The position numbers and the translations under genes were made by a program. Shown one piece after another: positions 19,263-28,519 of a stretch of DNA of 64,000 bases. The stretch spans positions 4,704,001 to 4,768,000 of the forward strand of contig OZ242029.1 in the NCBI GenBank assembly GCA_965205015.1. The letters are read 5' to 3'. The number at the start of each line of letters is the position of its first letter. Positions within the stretch are counted from its first letter, which is position 1. Origin of the DNA: Candidatus Poribacteria bacterium. Its GTDB lineage: Bacteria; Poribacteria; WGA-4E; WGA-3G. The notes under the pieces are model-generated. The model saw only the letters and a list, made by a program, of their open reading frames with translations, made no database searches and was not told where the DNA came from.

Positions 19263-20581
19263 GGACATCGGCGCGAGTCTTATTATTATTCCTAAGCCTG
19301 CCGCTAACCGTGTTGGCGGATTGGAGCGATTTTCTCGGTCCAGCACGAAACGGCAAATCGCAAGAGAAGATAGAGATCGCGCCATGGAGAAACACAGGTC
19401 CGCCGGTCGTCTGGCACAAGAAGATCGGTACCAGCTACGGGGCACCCACCATTGCAGCCGGACGTTTGTTTATCTTCGCGCGTCACGGCGATATGGCGCG
19501 TCTCACCTGTATGGAAAGCGATACCGGTACGGAGCTTTGGCGATTTGAATATCCGACAGACTACGAAGATATGTACGGATACAACAATGGACCGCGGTCC
19601 TCCCCTGTCGCTGATGGAGAACGGGTCTATATCTTCGGGGTTCAGGGAAAGTTGCACTGTCTGAACGTTTCGGACGGAACCCTGTTATGGAAGGTGGATA
19701 CGGCAGCCCGTTACAATGTCGTTCAAAACTTCTTCGGAACGGCTTCAACACCGATTGTTGAAGGGGATCTACTCATCGCGCAAATTGGCGGTTCCCCACC
19801 GGGCACCCCGAAAAATATCTGGGCATCAAACGGTAACCCGCCATCAAACGGCACTGGTATCGTCGGATTCAACAAACACACAGGAGAAGTGGTTTACGAA
19901 ATCAGTGACGAATTAGCGAGTTACGCCAGCCCCATCACGGCAACAATTGATGGACGCCGTTGGGGATTCATGTTCGCTCGCGGTGGACTCGTCGGTTTTG
20001 AACCGACAACCGGCACGCTCGACTTCTACTACCCGTGGCGTTGCCCGAAGATTGAATCCGTTAATGCCTCAAGTCCAGTTGTTGCAGACGATCTCGTCTT
20101 CATCAGTGAATCCTACGAGGTCGGCAGTTCCGTCCTCCGAGTGTATCCCGGCGGCTACAAGGTTGTTTGGAAAGATTCACCACGCCGCCGAGACCAATCC
20201 CTGCGGCTGCACTGGAATACCGCCATCCACCACGAGGGGTATCTCTACGCCTGTAGCAACAGGCACGCCAGCGGTGCGGAACTTCGGTGTGTAGAACTCA
20301 AAACAGGTAAAGTCGTGTGGGGACAACGCGTTGATGAACGTGCATCTTTACTTTGGGTGAATGACTATTTCATCTTTCTCGGTGAATACGGACGGTTGAT
20401 GCTCCTCAAATGCACTCCTGAAAAGATGGAGATCATTTCTGAAGCAGCTCCGAGAGACGAAAACGGAAGACAATTTATAGAATATCCGGCATGGTCGGCA
20501 CCTGCCTTGTCAAATGGACTGTTATACGTTCGAGGCAAAGACAGGTTAGTCTGTTTTGCACTCACCGTCCCAAAAGATTAA
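19259..20581 (+). CDS. PQQ-binding-like beta-propeller repeat protein, secreted
   Basis: DWSDFLGPARNG, GPRSSP, ASYASP, WSAPALSNGLLYVR. Confidence 0.85.
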   Translation: MRTSARVLLLFLSLPLTVLADWSDFLGPARNGKSQEKIEIAPWRNTGPPVVWHKKIGTSYGAPTIAAGRLFIFARHGDMARLTCMESDTGTELWRFEYPTDYEDMYGYNNGPRSSPVADGERVYIFGVQGKLHCLNVSDGTLLWKVDTAARYNVVQNFFGTASTPIVEGDLLIAQIGGSPPGTPKNIWASNGNPPSNGTGIVGFNKHTGEVVYEISDELASYASPITATIDGRRWGFMFARGGLVGFEPTTGTLDFYYPWRCPKIESVNASSPVVADDLVFISESYEVGSSVLRVYPGGYKVVWKDSPRRRDQSLRLHWNTAIHHEGYLYACSNRHASGAELRCVELKTGKVVWGQRVDERASLLWVNDYFIFLGEYGRLMLLKCTPEKMEIISEAAPRDENGRQFIEYPAWSAPALSNGLLYVRGKDRLVCFALTVPKD

Positions 20582-20597
20582 GAACCTTGTCCTTTTA

Positions 20598-21686
20598 CTA
20601 AGGTTTCCACAATGTTGCCTCAATGAACCGCTCACCGTCGGGTTCCTCATCAAAATAGTAGGCGGTCACTATAGTTCCATCAGGACGTTGAATCGTGCGG
20701 GGATACCCGATATCGTGATCCCCACCGTTATCGCGCAAAACGATCTCTTCACCCCACGTCTCACCCGCATCACTGCTCAGCTTCGCACATATCCGATGCG
20801 GAGCATCCCGGTACCCGTAAATGAGGCAGAGTCGTCCGTCGTGAAGATGGGTTAGCGTTGGTGGGTTTCCACCGCGTCCTGTATTCTCTACAGGTCGGTT
20901 CATGTAATTCCAAGTGTGTCCGTTATCATCTGAGGCGTAGAGGTCAATCCAGTTCTGCCGTTCTTCCCAGTCAGAATTCGTATTACCACTGCCGCCGCGG
21001 CACCGAACCGCCACCAAAATCTTTGAATCCGATAGCCGAACACTCGCCGGCATAATTGCGAACCCTTCTGGCTCCGGTCCGATCTGAGACAGCAATGAAA
21101 AGGATTCACCCCCATCGGTTGTCTGTGCACAGAATATTAAGCCCTCCTCACCATCTGACTTCGATGCGGTAAGGAACAGCAGGCACTCGTCTGGACTTGA
21201 GACCAGATAATCTGTCCGAGCCGCGATACCGGTGTAGTCAAACATCGGAAGCCGAAACGGTCCCTTCCAACGCTGGCATCGGTCGCAAGAGGTGTAAAAC
21301 CACGAGTAGGCTCCCGCTCTCAACCCAGACCTGCTGCACATCATCGCAAAATCAGGATGTGTAAAATCCACACGCGGCGGCGTCTCAAAAGCAGCCTCAA
21401 CTGTCAGCCGATGCCGTTCTTCCACGTGTTCATCCGCAGAGAGTGTGCCTCTTGCGGGTAAACGGCACGGCGTTTCCGAGACGTTCCATGTCTCACCCCC
21501 ATCAAAACTTCGTGCCTGCATTCCCAGAAACGGCTTATCCCGGTCGCGGCGATGGAATCCCGCATCCGATTTGTGATACCCAACCGTAAATCCGACAACG
21601 ATCTCGTTGTCCCATGCCCAAATACCGTAATTCGCCGGCCAACCTGCGTATCGCCCCGGCTCTCGATAGATTGTAACCTGTCGCAT
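20598..21686 (-). CDS. Sialidase-fold / BNR (Asp-box) repeat protein
   Basis: Asp boxes SFDGGETW, TTDGGESF, SDDNGHTW, SSDAGETW; DIGYP. Confidence 0.8.
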   Translation of the reverse strand: MRQVTIYREPGRYAGWPANYGIWAWDNEIVVGFTVGYHKSDAGFHRRDRDKPFLGMQARSFDGGETWNVSETPCRLPARGTLSADEHVEERHRLTVEAAFETPPRVDFTHPDFAMMCSRSGLRAGAYSWFYTSCDRCQRWKGPFRLPMFDYTGIAARTDYLVSSPDECLLFLTASKSDGEEGLIFCAQTTDGGESFSLLSQIGPEPEGFAIMPASVRLSDSKILVAVRCRGGSGNTNSDWEERQNWIDLYASDDNGHTWNYMNRPVENTGRGGNPPTLTHLHDGRLCLIYGYRDAPHRICAKLSSDAGETWGEEIVLRDNGGDHDIGYPRTIQRPDGTIVTAYYFDEEPDGERFIEATLWKP

Positions 21687-21878
21687 CGTGCCTCAATTCC
21701 CCCATCTTCCTAATATAGATTTGAAAAATATCTGTCAAAGAATTCATAGACAAGTATAGCACCGATACGTCTTTTTCTGTATGGAAAATTTGACTTTTTT
21801 CCGCACTTCTGCTAAAATATTTCCCGAGTGACAAACTGGGAATTTTAAAACAGCGAGCGGCAGTTGAGAGGGAAATCT

Positions 21879-22316
21879 ATGGAAAATCAGGAAGCTCGGT
21901 CTGCCCTATTCACTGTCCGAGATGCTGAAGATGCTTTGGTTCGGTTCACCCTTACCTTGTTCGCAATACTGGTTGGAATTTTTCTGCACGAGATTCTGAT
22001 AGAGAGTCAAGCGTGGAACGATGCAGTGTATAAGATGTTAAGGAGTAAACCGCATGTGTTGGCATGGGCAACAGGTTTAACGATATCCTTGGAGGGAGGT
22101 GTTATTATGTTTTCACGTCTTCAAGATTATAGAGATAGGCGGAAAAGACGGTTCGATGCGGCGAAAGCCGAAGGCAAAGCTGAAGGCAAAGCCGAGATTT
22201 ACCAAGAAATAGCCGAATGGAACAATCGCCGCCTTGCCGCAGAGGCACGGAATGAACCCTTCACTGAACCGTTCCCGTCTCCCCCAGAACCCCCAACAAA
22301 CGCCCAGATGGATTAG
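21879..22316 (+). CDS. Small membrane protein with KAEG repeats and proline-rich tail
   Basis: One or two hydrophobic helices, then AKAEGKAEGKAE and EPFTEPFPSPP; GAGGG RBS before ATG 21879. Confidence 0.7.
   Translation: MENQEARSALFTVRDAEDALVRFTLTLFAILVGIFLHEILIESQAWNDAVYKMLRSKPHVLAWATGLTISLEGGVIMFSRLQDYRDRRKRRFDAAKAEGKAEGKAEIYQEIAEWNNRRLAAEARNEPFTEPFPSPPEPPTNAQMD
22107..22316 (+). CDS. Putative nested in-frame 69-aa small protein from an internal start
   Basis: GGAGGT at 22095-22100, 6-nt spacer, in-frame ATG 22107. Confidence 0.5.
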   Translation: MFSRLQDYRDRRKRRFDAAKAEGKAEGKAEIYQEIAEWNNRRLAAEARNEPFTEPFPSPPEPPTNAQMD

Positions 22317-22325
22317 GGATGTCCA

Positions 22326-23492
22326 ATGCGAAACTATTTGACAATTGTAATTATTCTCTATCTCTGTTCGTCATTGTCTGGAATCGCTGACGAGACCCCT
22401 GGGGACCACAGCACCTACGTCCAACACGTAGAACAAGCCTTCATCCTCATGTTTCAAGGCGATAATCTCCGAGCTATCTCCGAGTTTGAAGCGGCGCTCG
22501 CCATTGAACCCAATCATCCTGAAGTGCTGCACTACCTTGGCATGGCACATGCCCAAGAGGAATTCTGGAACAAAGCCGCCGAAAGTTGTCAAGGCTCCTT
22601 AGCACTGATGCCCGACAACATCGAAGCCCTCTACTCACTCGGTGTTGCCTACTTCAGACTTGATCGATGGGAAGACGCAGGGTCAACACTCCAACGGGTT
22701 ATAGAACTTTCACCGCAACACGCGCGCGGGTATGAAATGCTTGGTAAATCACTCGTAAAACTCCGTCGGTACGCCGAAGCCGTTCCGATCTTGAGGAAGG
22801 CACTTACACTGACACCACACGCCGCAGGTCTCTATTATGAACTCGGCACAGCACACCTCAATCTAAAAGCATACCCTGAAGCGATAGAGAATTTCAAACT
22901 GGCGATAACGCACGGTCCAACGGGTTATGCTGAGCCACACCACGGGCTCGGCACGGCGTATTTTCGATCAGGCGATCGGGAGAAAAGCAGAGCAGAAATG
23001 CAAATCTATCAGCACCTACAAAAGGAATTCGCTGAATACGAACGTCTCACCCGTCTCACGCGAGCGGAGCCGAATAACCTTGAGGCATGGACGGAATTAG
23101 CCACACTCCTCATGAATCAAAAAAACTTTGCCAAGGCAATCTCCGTCTTTCAGAAATGCATTGAACTTGCCCCCAATAACGCCAACTTTTACCATGGACT
23201 GAGCCGTGCCTTCATGAGTCTCAACTATCCGAAGCACGCCGCGGAAGCCGCCAGAAAAGCCGTGCAACTCATGCCGAACCAAGCGATACTCTACAACACC
23301 CTCGGTAGCACCTACGCGATGCAAGGCGAATCGCAAAAGGCACTGCGTGCGTTCCGAAAAGCGATCGAACTCGACGGCGACGAACCCTACTACCACCTCA
23401 ATCTTTCAAGACTCTATCAGGGCATCGGCAACCAAAAACTCGCGCAGGAGCATTATCGCGTCTATGAATATCTTTTGTCCAAACAGAAATAA
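22326..23492 (+). CDS. Tetratricopeptide repeat protein (signal peptide)
   Basis: Many 34-aa TPR units such as ALYSLGVAYFRLDRWEDA and LYNTLGSTYAMQGESQKA. Confidence 0.9.
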   Translation: MRNYLTIVIILYLCSSLSGIADETPGDHSTYVQHVEQAFILMFQGDNLRAISEFEAALAIEPNHPEVLHYLGMAHAQEEFWNKAAESCQGSLALMPDNIEALYSLGVAYFRLDRWEDAGSTLQRVIELSPQHARGYEMLGKSLVKLRRYAEAVPILRKALTLTPHAAGLYYELGTAHLNLKAYPEAIENFKLAITHGPTGYAEPHHGLGTAYFRSGDREKSRAEMQIYQHLQKEFAEYERLTRLTRAEPNNLEAWTELATLLMNQKNFAKAISVFQKCIELAPNNANFYHGLSRAFMSLNYPKHAAEAARKAVQLMPNQAILYNTLGSTYAMQGESQKALRAFRKAIELDGDEPYYHLNLSRLYQGIGNQKLAQEHYRVYEYLLSKQK

Positions 23493-24324
23493 CCATTTCC
23501 GCATCGTTGCAGAAGGTCTGTTTCTCGTGCTCCTCAGCGTTGGTCTGAATTTCGGGGCATCCGCACAAGACACCGAGCATCTCATATTGATCTCTGCAGG
23601 CACCTTTACAATGGGAAGCGACACTCGCGCCGCCGATGAAAAACCGATGCACAAAGTCTATCTCGATGCCTATTACATCAGCAAATATGAGGTAACGAAT
23701 GCCGAGTACTATGAATTTTGGAAACAGCAATTAGAGACGGCGTCTCCAGGCAAAACACCCCGACACACCCCAGAAAACTTCACACATCTCCCGCAGATCG
23801 GCGATTGGCCTGCACGGGCGAAACAGTTCCCGAATCATCCGGTCGTCGGTGTGTCGTGGCACGATGCCACTGCTTACGCAGCGTGGAAAGGCATGCGACT
23901 TCCGACAGAGGCGGAATGGGAGAAAGCGGCGCGTGGCTACACCAACAGAACATGGCCCTGGGGCAATGCACTCGAACCCTACGCGAACACCGCTGCGAAC
24001 GATGATGGTTATGAGAACCGCCTCGCGCCTGTCGGCAGTTTCCCGAAAGGCAAAAGCTACTACGGCGCAATGGATATGGCGGGCAACGTCTGGGAATGGA
24101 CAGCGGATTGGTACAGCGATGTCTACTATTGGTACACTTCACAAGCCGCTACAAAACGTCCGAAGCAAAATCCAACGGGACCGGCGGTGGGTAGTTGGCG
24201 GGTCATCCGTGGGGGTTCATGGATGGATACCATCGCCCGATGCAGCACGACCTTTCGGTTTTATCTCTATCCGAATCTAAAAACCTCTTTTGTCGGTTTC
24301 CGATTGGCAAAAACCGCTTTTTAA
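23464..24324 (+). CDS. Formylglycine-generating-enzyme (SUMF1/FGE-sulfatase) domain protein
   Basis: FTMGS, YEVTN, HPVVGVSW, RLPTEAEWEKAARG, DMAGNVWEW, RGGSW, GFR; start chosen at ATG before a signal-like segment. Confidence 0.85.
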   Translation: MNIFCPNRNNHFRIVAEGLFLVLLSVGLNFGASAQDTEHLILISAGTFTMGSDTRAADEKPMHKVYLDAYYISKYEVTNAEYYEFWKQQLETASPGKTPRHTPENFTHLPQIGDWPARAKQFPNHPVVGVSWHDATAYAAWKGMRLPTEAEWEKAARGYTNRTWPWGNALEPYANTAANDDGYENRLAPVGSFPKGKSYYGAMDMAGNVWEWTADWYSDVYYWYTSQAATKRPKQNPTGPAVGSWRVIRGGSWMDTIARCSTTFRFYLYPNLKTSFVGFRLAKTAF

Positions 24325-24427
24325 TTTTACCTTGCGGCGGAACGACGCGGTTTGGAACTTTGACGGGCTTTTCTCTGGCGTCGCCTGCGTGTTTTTGCTT
24401 GGGTGTTTCTGCGTATTGTTGCAGGCT
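24318..24427 (+). repeat. Dispersed 110-bp intergenic element
   Basis: TTTTTAATTTTACCTTGCGGCG...CGCCTGCGTGTTTTTG...TTTCTGCGTATTGTTGCAGGCT shared with 32340-32448. Confidence 0.8.
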
Positions 24428-24454
24428 GCTGACTGCTGATTACTGACGAATGCA

Positions 24455-26131
24455 ATGCCAAAATCTACTATAATGTCCCTCTCACAGCCCCATCGCCATT
24501 TAAAATCGTTATTACACGTCCTCCTATTCCTTCTGCTAACCGCAGGCAACACTGCTTCACAATCCCCTATTTTCACGGATGTCACCGAAGAAGCAGGCAT
24601 CCACTTCAAACATAACAAGGGGACAACCGAACACAAGCATATCATTGAGACAATGGGTTCCGGGACAGTCTTCTTCGATTACGACACCGATGGTGATCCC
24701 GATCTGTATTTCGTTAACAGTGGGAGCGTTCCTCAAGAGACCCCACAAACGCTTGGGAATGTCCTATATCGAAACGAAGGCGATGGACGTTTCACGGATG
24801 TCACCGAAATCTCAGGAATAGGGGACACAGGATACGGAATGGCGGCATCTGCGGGGGATATCGACAATGACGGCGATCCCGACCTCTATGTCGCCAACTT
24901 CGGGCAAGATAAACTCTACCGAAACAACGGCGACGGCACCTTTACCGACATCACCGAAGTCGCCGGTATTGATAATACGCTCTGGAGTATCGCCGCTGTT
25001 TACTTCGATTTCGACGTGGATGGCGACCTGGACATCTTCGTCGTCAACTATCTGGTGTACGAATTGTCAATGCCGATATCCACCTACAAAGGCATTGTCG
25101 GTTACGGGCACCCGCGTAGCTACAAAGGCACACCCGATGTGCTCTACCGAAACAATGGGGACGGCACCTTCACAAACATTGCCGAGAAGGCAGGCGTGAC
25201 AAATCCGGTCGAAGGACGAGGTATGGCAGCGGTTGCTTGGGACTACGACCAAGACGGATTTCCGGATATCTACGTCGCCAACGACACCAACAGAAATTTT
25301 CTATACCATAACAACGGCGACGGCACCTTCACGGATGAAAGCATCTTCATCGGTGTCGGTTACGATGACAGAGGTGTCGCTGAAGGGTCTATGGGGATAG
25401 ATTGTGCAGACTACAACGGTGATGGATGGTTCGATCTGATCGTCGCGAATTCCGAGAAGGCGACCCTCTATAAGAACGAGGAGGGACTCTTCTTCACAGA
25501 TACCACCGCAGACAGTGGATTGGAACAACCGACACTCCCGTTTGTTGGCTTCAGTCCGCTCTTTCTGGATTACGATCACGACGGACACCTCGACATGTTC
25601 TGTGCAAACGGACACCCACAAGACATAATTGAGATATTAGCGGACAATGAAACCTATGCCCAACGCGACCAGCTCTTTCAAAACAACGGCGACGGCACTT
25701 ATACCGATGTCTCTGCATCCGCCGGCGCTTACTTTTCCGAACCACTTGTTGGTAGAGCCGCCGCGACCGCCGACTACGACAACGACGGGGATCCCGATAT
25801 TGTCATCATGAATTCCAATCAGCGCGCAGTGCTGCTTCGGAACGATGGTGGGAACTTGAAAAATTGGCTGAGCCTTAAACTGGTCGGGACGCACAGCAAT
25901 CGCGACGGGATCGGTGCGAAGGTCACGGTCGCGGCAGGAGACCTGACGCAGATACGGGAAGTGAAGAGCGGTTCAAGCTACGCCTCAGGCAGCGATACAC
26001 GCCTGCTGTTCGGTTTGGGAGAAAATCAAGATGTTGAGAAAGTAAGCATCGTCTGGCAAAGCGGGACCCCACAAGAATTGCGAGATGTCTCCATCAACCA
26101 GATTCTAACAATCGTAGAATCGGAAAGATAG
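24455..26131 (+). CDS. CRTAC1-family FG-GAP repeat protein with C-terminal ASPIC/UnbV domain
   Basis: Repeated DYDxDGDxDL and LYRNNGDGTFTD; SNRDGIGAKV, GSSYAS, LLFGLG. Confidence 0.9.
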   Translation: MPKSTIMSLSQPHRHLKSLLHVLLFLLLTAGNTASQSPIFTDVTEEAGIHFKHNKGTTEHKHIIETMGSGTVFFDYDTDGDPDLYFVNSGSVPQETPQTLGNVLYRNEGDGRFTDVTEISGIGDTGYGMAASAGDIDNDGDPDLYVANFGQDKLYRNNGDGTFTDITEVAGIDNTLWSIAAVYFDFDVDGDLDIFVVNYLVYELSMPISTYKGIVGYGHPRSYKGTPDVLYRNNGDGTFTNIAEKAGVTNPVEGRGMAAVAWDYDQDGFPDIYVANDTNRNFLYHNNGDGTFTDESIFIGVGYDDRGVAEGSMGIDCADYNGDGWFDLIVANSEKATLYKNEEGLFFTDTTADSGLEQPTLPFVGFSPLFLDYDHDGHLDMFCANGHPQDIIEILADNETYAQRDQLFQNNGDGTYTDVSASAGAYFSEPLVGRAAATADYDNDGDPDIVIMNSNQRAVLLRNDGGNLKNWLSLKLVGTHSNRDGIGAKVTVAAGDLTQIREVKSGSSYASGSDTRLLFGLGENQDVEKVSIVWQSGTPQELRDVSINQILTIVESER

Positions 26132-26158
26132 AACAATTTCAAACCCACATTAGACAAC

Positions 26159-26193
26159 AAAAAACCCGCATCCATATTCGGATACGGGTTTTT
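26159..26193. terminator. Bidirectional rho-independent terminator
   Basis: AAAAAACCCGCATCC-loop-GGATACGGGTTTTT between convergent genes. Confidence 0.8.
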
Positions 26194-26209
26194 CGTTAAG
26201 AATAAAAAA

Positions 26210-26989
26210 TTACTGACGCTTGAGAGCTGCCCACTGCGTCGCCAACTTGCCCTGCGGTTCGACTGACGTCAGCACATCCAAGAAGAGGTTATCCGTCGTG
26301 GGTGCGATCAGCAGGTCTCTATCGTTCCCTGTAAATCGGAGGTTGACGTAATCTGCGCCACCCGATTCACCACATTTGAAGTGCAAGAAGTTCTCGCCTT
26401 TCTGGAATTGAATCTCGGTTGGCGTATGGACTTCGCGAACACCGCCCGTCCACCTGGAATTGTCATAGACTTGTTCGCCGTTAAGCCAAATTTGGGCGTA
26501 ATCATCGTGTGCGGGGTGCATTGTCGTCGTTCGGGTATCCGGTGAAATAACCACGATCAGACCGTGCCATGTAATGTTATCAGGCCCATTTCCAGCTTCT
26601 CCGCCAGCAGGAACACCATGGCTTGTGGTCATGTTAAACTGATCCTCGGTACCGATGTCAACAATCGACCAAGCCAACGCACCGCCATTATCTGGAAGAT
26701 TCACGATGGTCTTCGCGGTGTTTCCAGCACCGTCGCGTGTGGAAACGGATGCGTTTGAAATGAAACCGCCACTGCCTTCAGCGAGATAGTCAATTGTTGC
26801 GGAATTACCAAAACCGCCCGTATTGGTGACGAGATCCAGTCCCCACCATTTTGCAATCCAAGCTCCTTCCCAAACGACGGCGTCCCCTATTCTAACTTGT
26901 TTTGCCGCTGGTTGCCAATTCTGCGCGAATGCCATCGGCGAAATCATGACAACGCAAACAAGTGTGATAAAGATTGTGATTTTTTTCAT
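26210..26989 (-). CDS. Secreted beta-sandwich protein with C-terminal KLATQW tag
   Basis: Signal peptide MKKITIF...AFA; HDDYAQIWLNGEQV (PA14/jelly-roll-like); ends VEPQGKLATQWAALKRQ. Confidence 0.7.
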   Translation of the reverse strand: MKKITIFITLVCVVMISPMAFAQNWQPAAKQVRIGDAVVWEGAWIAKWWGLDLVTNTGGFGNSATIDYLAEGSGGFISNASVSTRDGAGNTAKTIVNLPDNGGALAWSIVDIGTEDQFNMTTSHGVPAGGEAGNGPDNITWHGLIVVISPDTRTTTMHPAHDDYAQIWLNGEQVYDNSRWTGGVREVHTPTEIQFQKGENFLHFKCGESGGADYVNLRFTGNDRDLLIAPTTDNLFLDVLTSVEPQGKLATQWAALKRQ

Positions 26990-27451
26990 AGCTATGAAAT
27001 CTCCTTCTTCAATATACACAAGGTTCAGAGCTCTTGGGCAAGAAGCGCGCTTCCCAAAACCTCATCACCTCATTCAGATTTTACTATTGGTGATAGCAGT
27101 ACTGCGTGCAAATCATGCTTTTTAAGGCTGACGTTCCACCGGTAAACCGATGTCGGTTTTTGCCAGCAGTGCGATTCTTCTTTTGATCTCCCGCGAGGTA
27201 GTATACGTCACCCCGAGAAGTTGAAAGAATACACAAAGTTAATTATAGCACTTTTCAAATATGAATTGCAAGAAAAAAAGTGCAAAACAATCAAATTTCT
27301 ATAATTTTAGCAAAATGCATCAATTTTGTCAACTTTAATTTGATTGACTCCGTTTTACATGATATAATAACCTGAATTCCGGAAGGCACCGATTATCCCT
27401 CTCCTTACATATACTTATGAAAACGCATTTTGATTCTTTGAGTTACGTCTT

Positions 27452-28480
27452 ATGAAAACGACAGGATTGTTAGTTTTTGCCATGTCTGTTCTTTTCCTGC
27501 TGAATGCAAGCATTCCACCGCTTTTCGCGGAAGCACCGACAACACCTAAAATCTTGTTCACTTCCGCACGCGATGGCAATCGTGAAGTCTACATCATGAA
27601 TCCGGATGGCAGCGAACAGGTAAATCTAACAAAACATCCCGCAGGTGATCTGCAAGCCGTCTGGTCCCCGACGGGTGAAAAGATTCTTTTCGTCTCCGAT
27701 CGCGGCGGGGAGCGAGATCTGTATCTGATGAACCCGGATGGATCCAACGTCCGACGCGTCTTTAAAAGAAAAATAGAAGCATGGAGAACAGCCCCGACGT
27801 GGTCCCCCGATGGTAAACAGATCGCTTACGACCAATGGGACAGGAGTGGCGGCGGCACAAGCGGTATGTACATGTTGACCTTAAGCGAACAAGACCCTGA
27901 ATTCATCGGGAAGTTTTCTTCGCCGGCATGGTCGCCGGATGGAACAGAAATTGCCTGCAGTGCAGCGAACCCGGCAATCCGTTGGATTCTATTAATGAAC
28001 GCCCGGACACGAAAGCATGAACGTCTCTTACCCAAGAAGGCACTCCCTTGGCAAGGAGATCCGTCTTGGTCGGCGACCGGCGATAAAATCGCCTTTGTTG
28101 GGAACAAGGATCCGATACCCGTCCTCTTGGATAGGGACCTACACAACGCATGGGCGGCTAAAGACACCATCTTCATCGTCAATCGCGACGGCACAGGGCT
28201 CAAACAACTGGTGCCTGAAGCCGGTCAGGCGGCACGGTCTCCGGCGGTATCGCCAAATGGAGAGGAAGTCCTTTATACACAGCAAATTAATGGACGCAGA
28301 GGTCGGTTTCAAGTCTTCAAAGTCAACGTGAATAGTGGCATTCGGACCCAATTGACGCATATTGGCAACATTCTTCAAGCAAATATTGGAGGAGATTGGT
28401 TTGACCCAGCGTATACGTTACCGGTTTCTCCACACCCCCAACTGCTAACTACGACTTGGGGAGCGGTCAAAAAGGAGTAG
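27452..28480 (+). CDS. TolB-like (PD40/WD40-like) beta-propeller, secreted; paralog 1
   Basis: FTSARDGNREVYIMNPDGS, repeated PxWSPDG; ends LLTTTWGAVKKE. Confidence 0.85.
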   Translation: MKTTGLLVFAMSVLFLLNASIPPLFAEAPTTPKILFTSARDGNREVYIMNPDGSEQVNLTKHPAGDLQAVWSPTGEKILFVSDRGGERDLYLMNPDGSNVRRVFKRKIEAWRTAPTWSPDGKQIAYDQWDRSGGGTSGMYMLTLSEQDPEFIGKFSSPAWSPDGTEIACSAANPAIRWILLMNARTRKHERLLPKKALPWQGDPSWSATGDKIAFVGNKDPIPVLLDRDLHNAWAAKDTIFIVNRDGTGLKQLVPEAGQAARSPAVSPNGEEVLYTQQINGRRGRFQVFKVNVNSGIRTQLTHIGNILQANIGGDWFDPAYTLPVSPHPQLLTTTWGAVKKE

Positions 28481-28519
28481 TCGTTTGAAACGGACGCGGT
28501 TGTTTATCAGGAATCTAAT

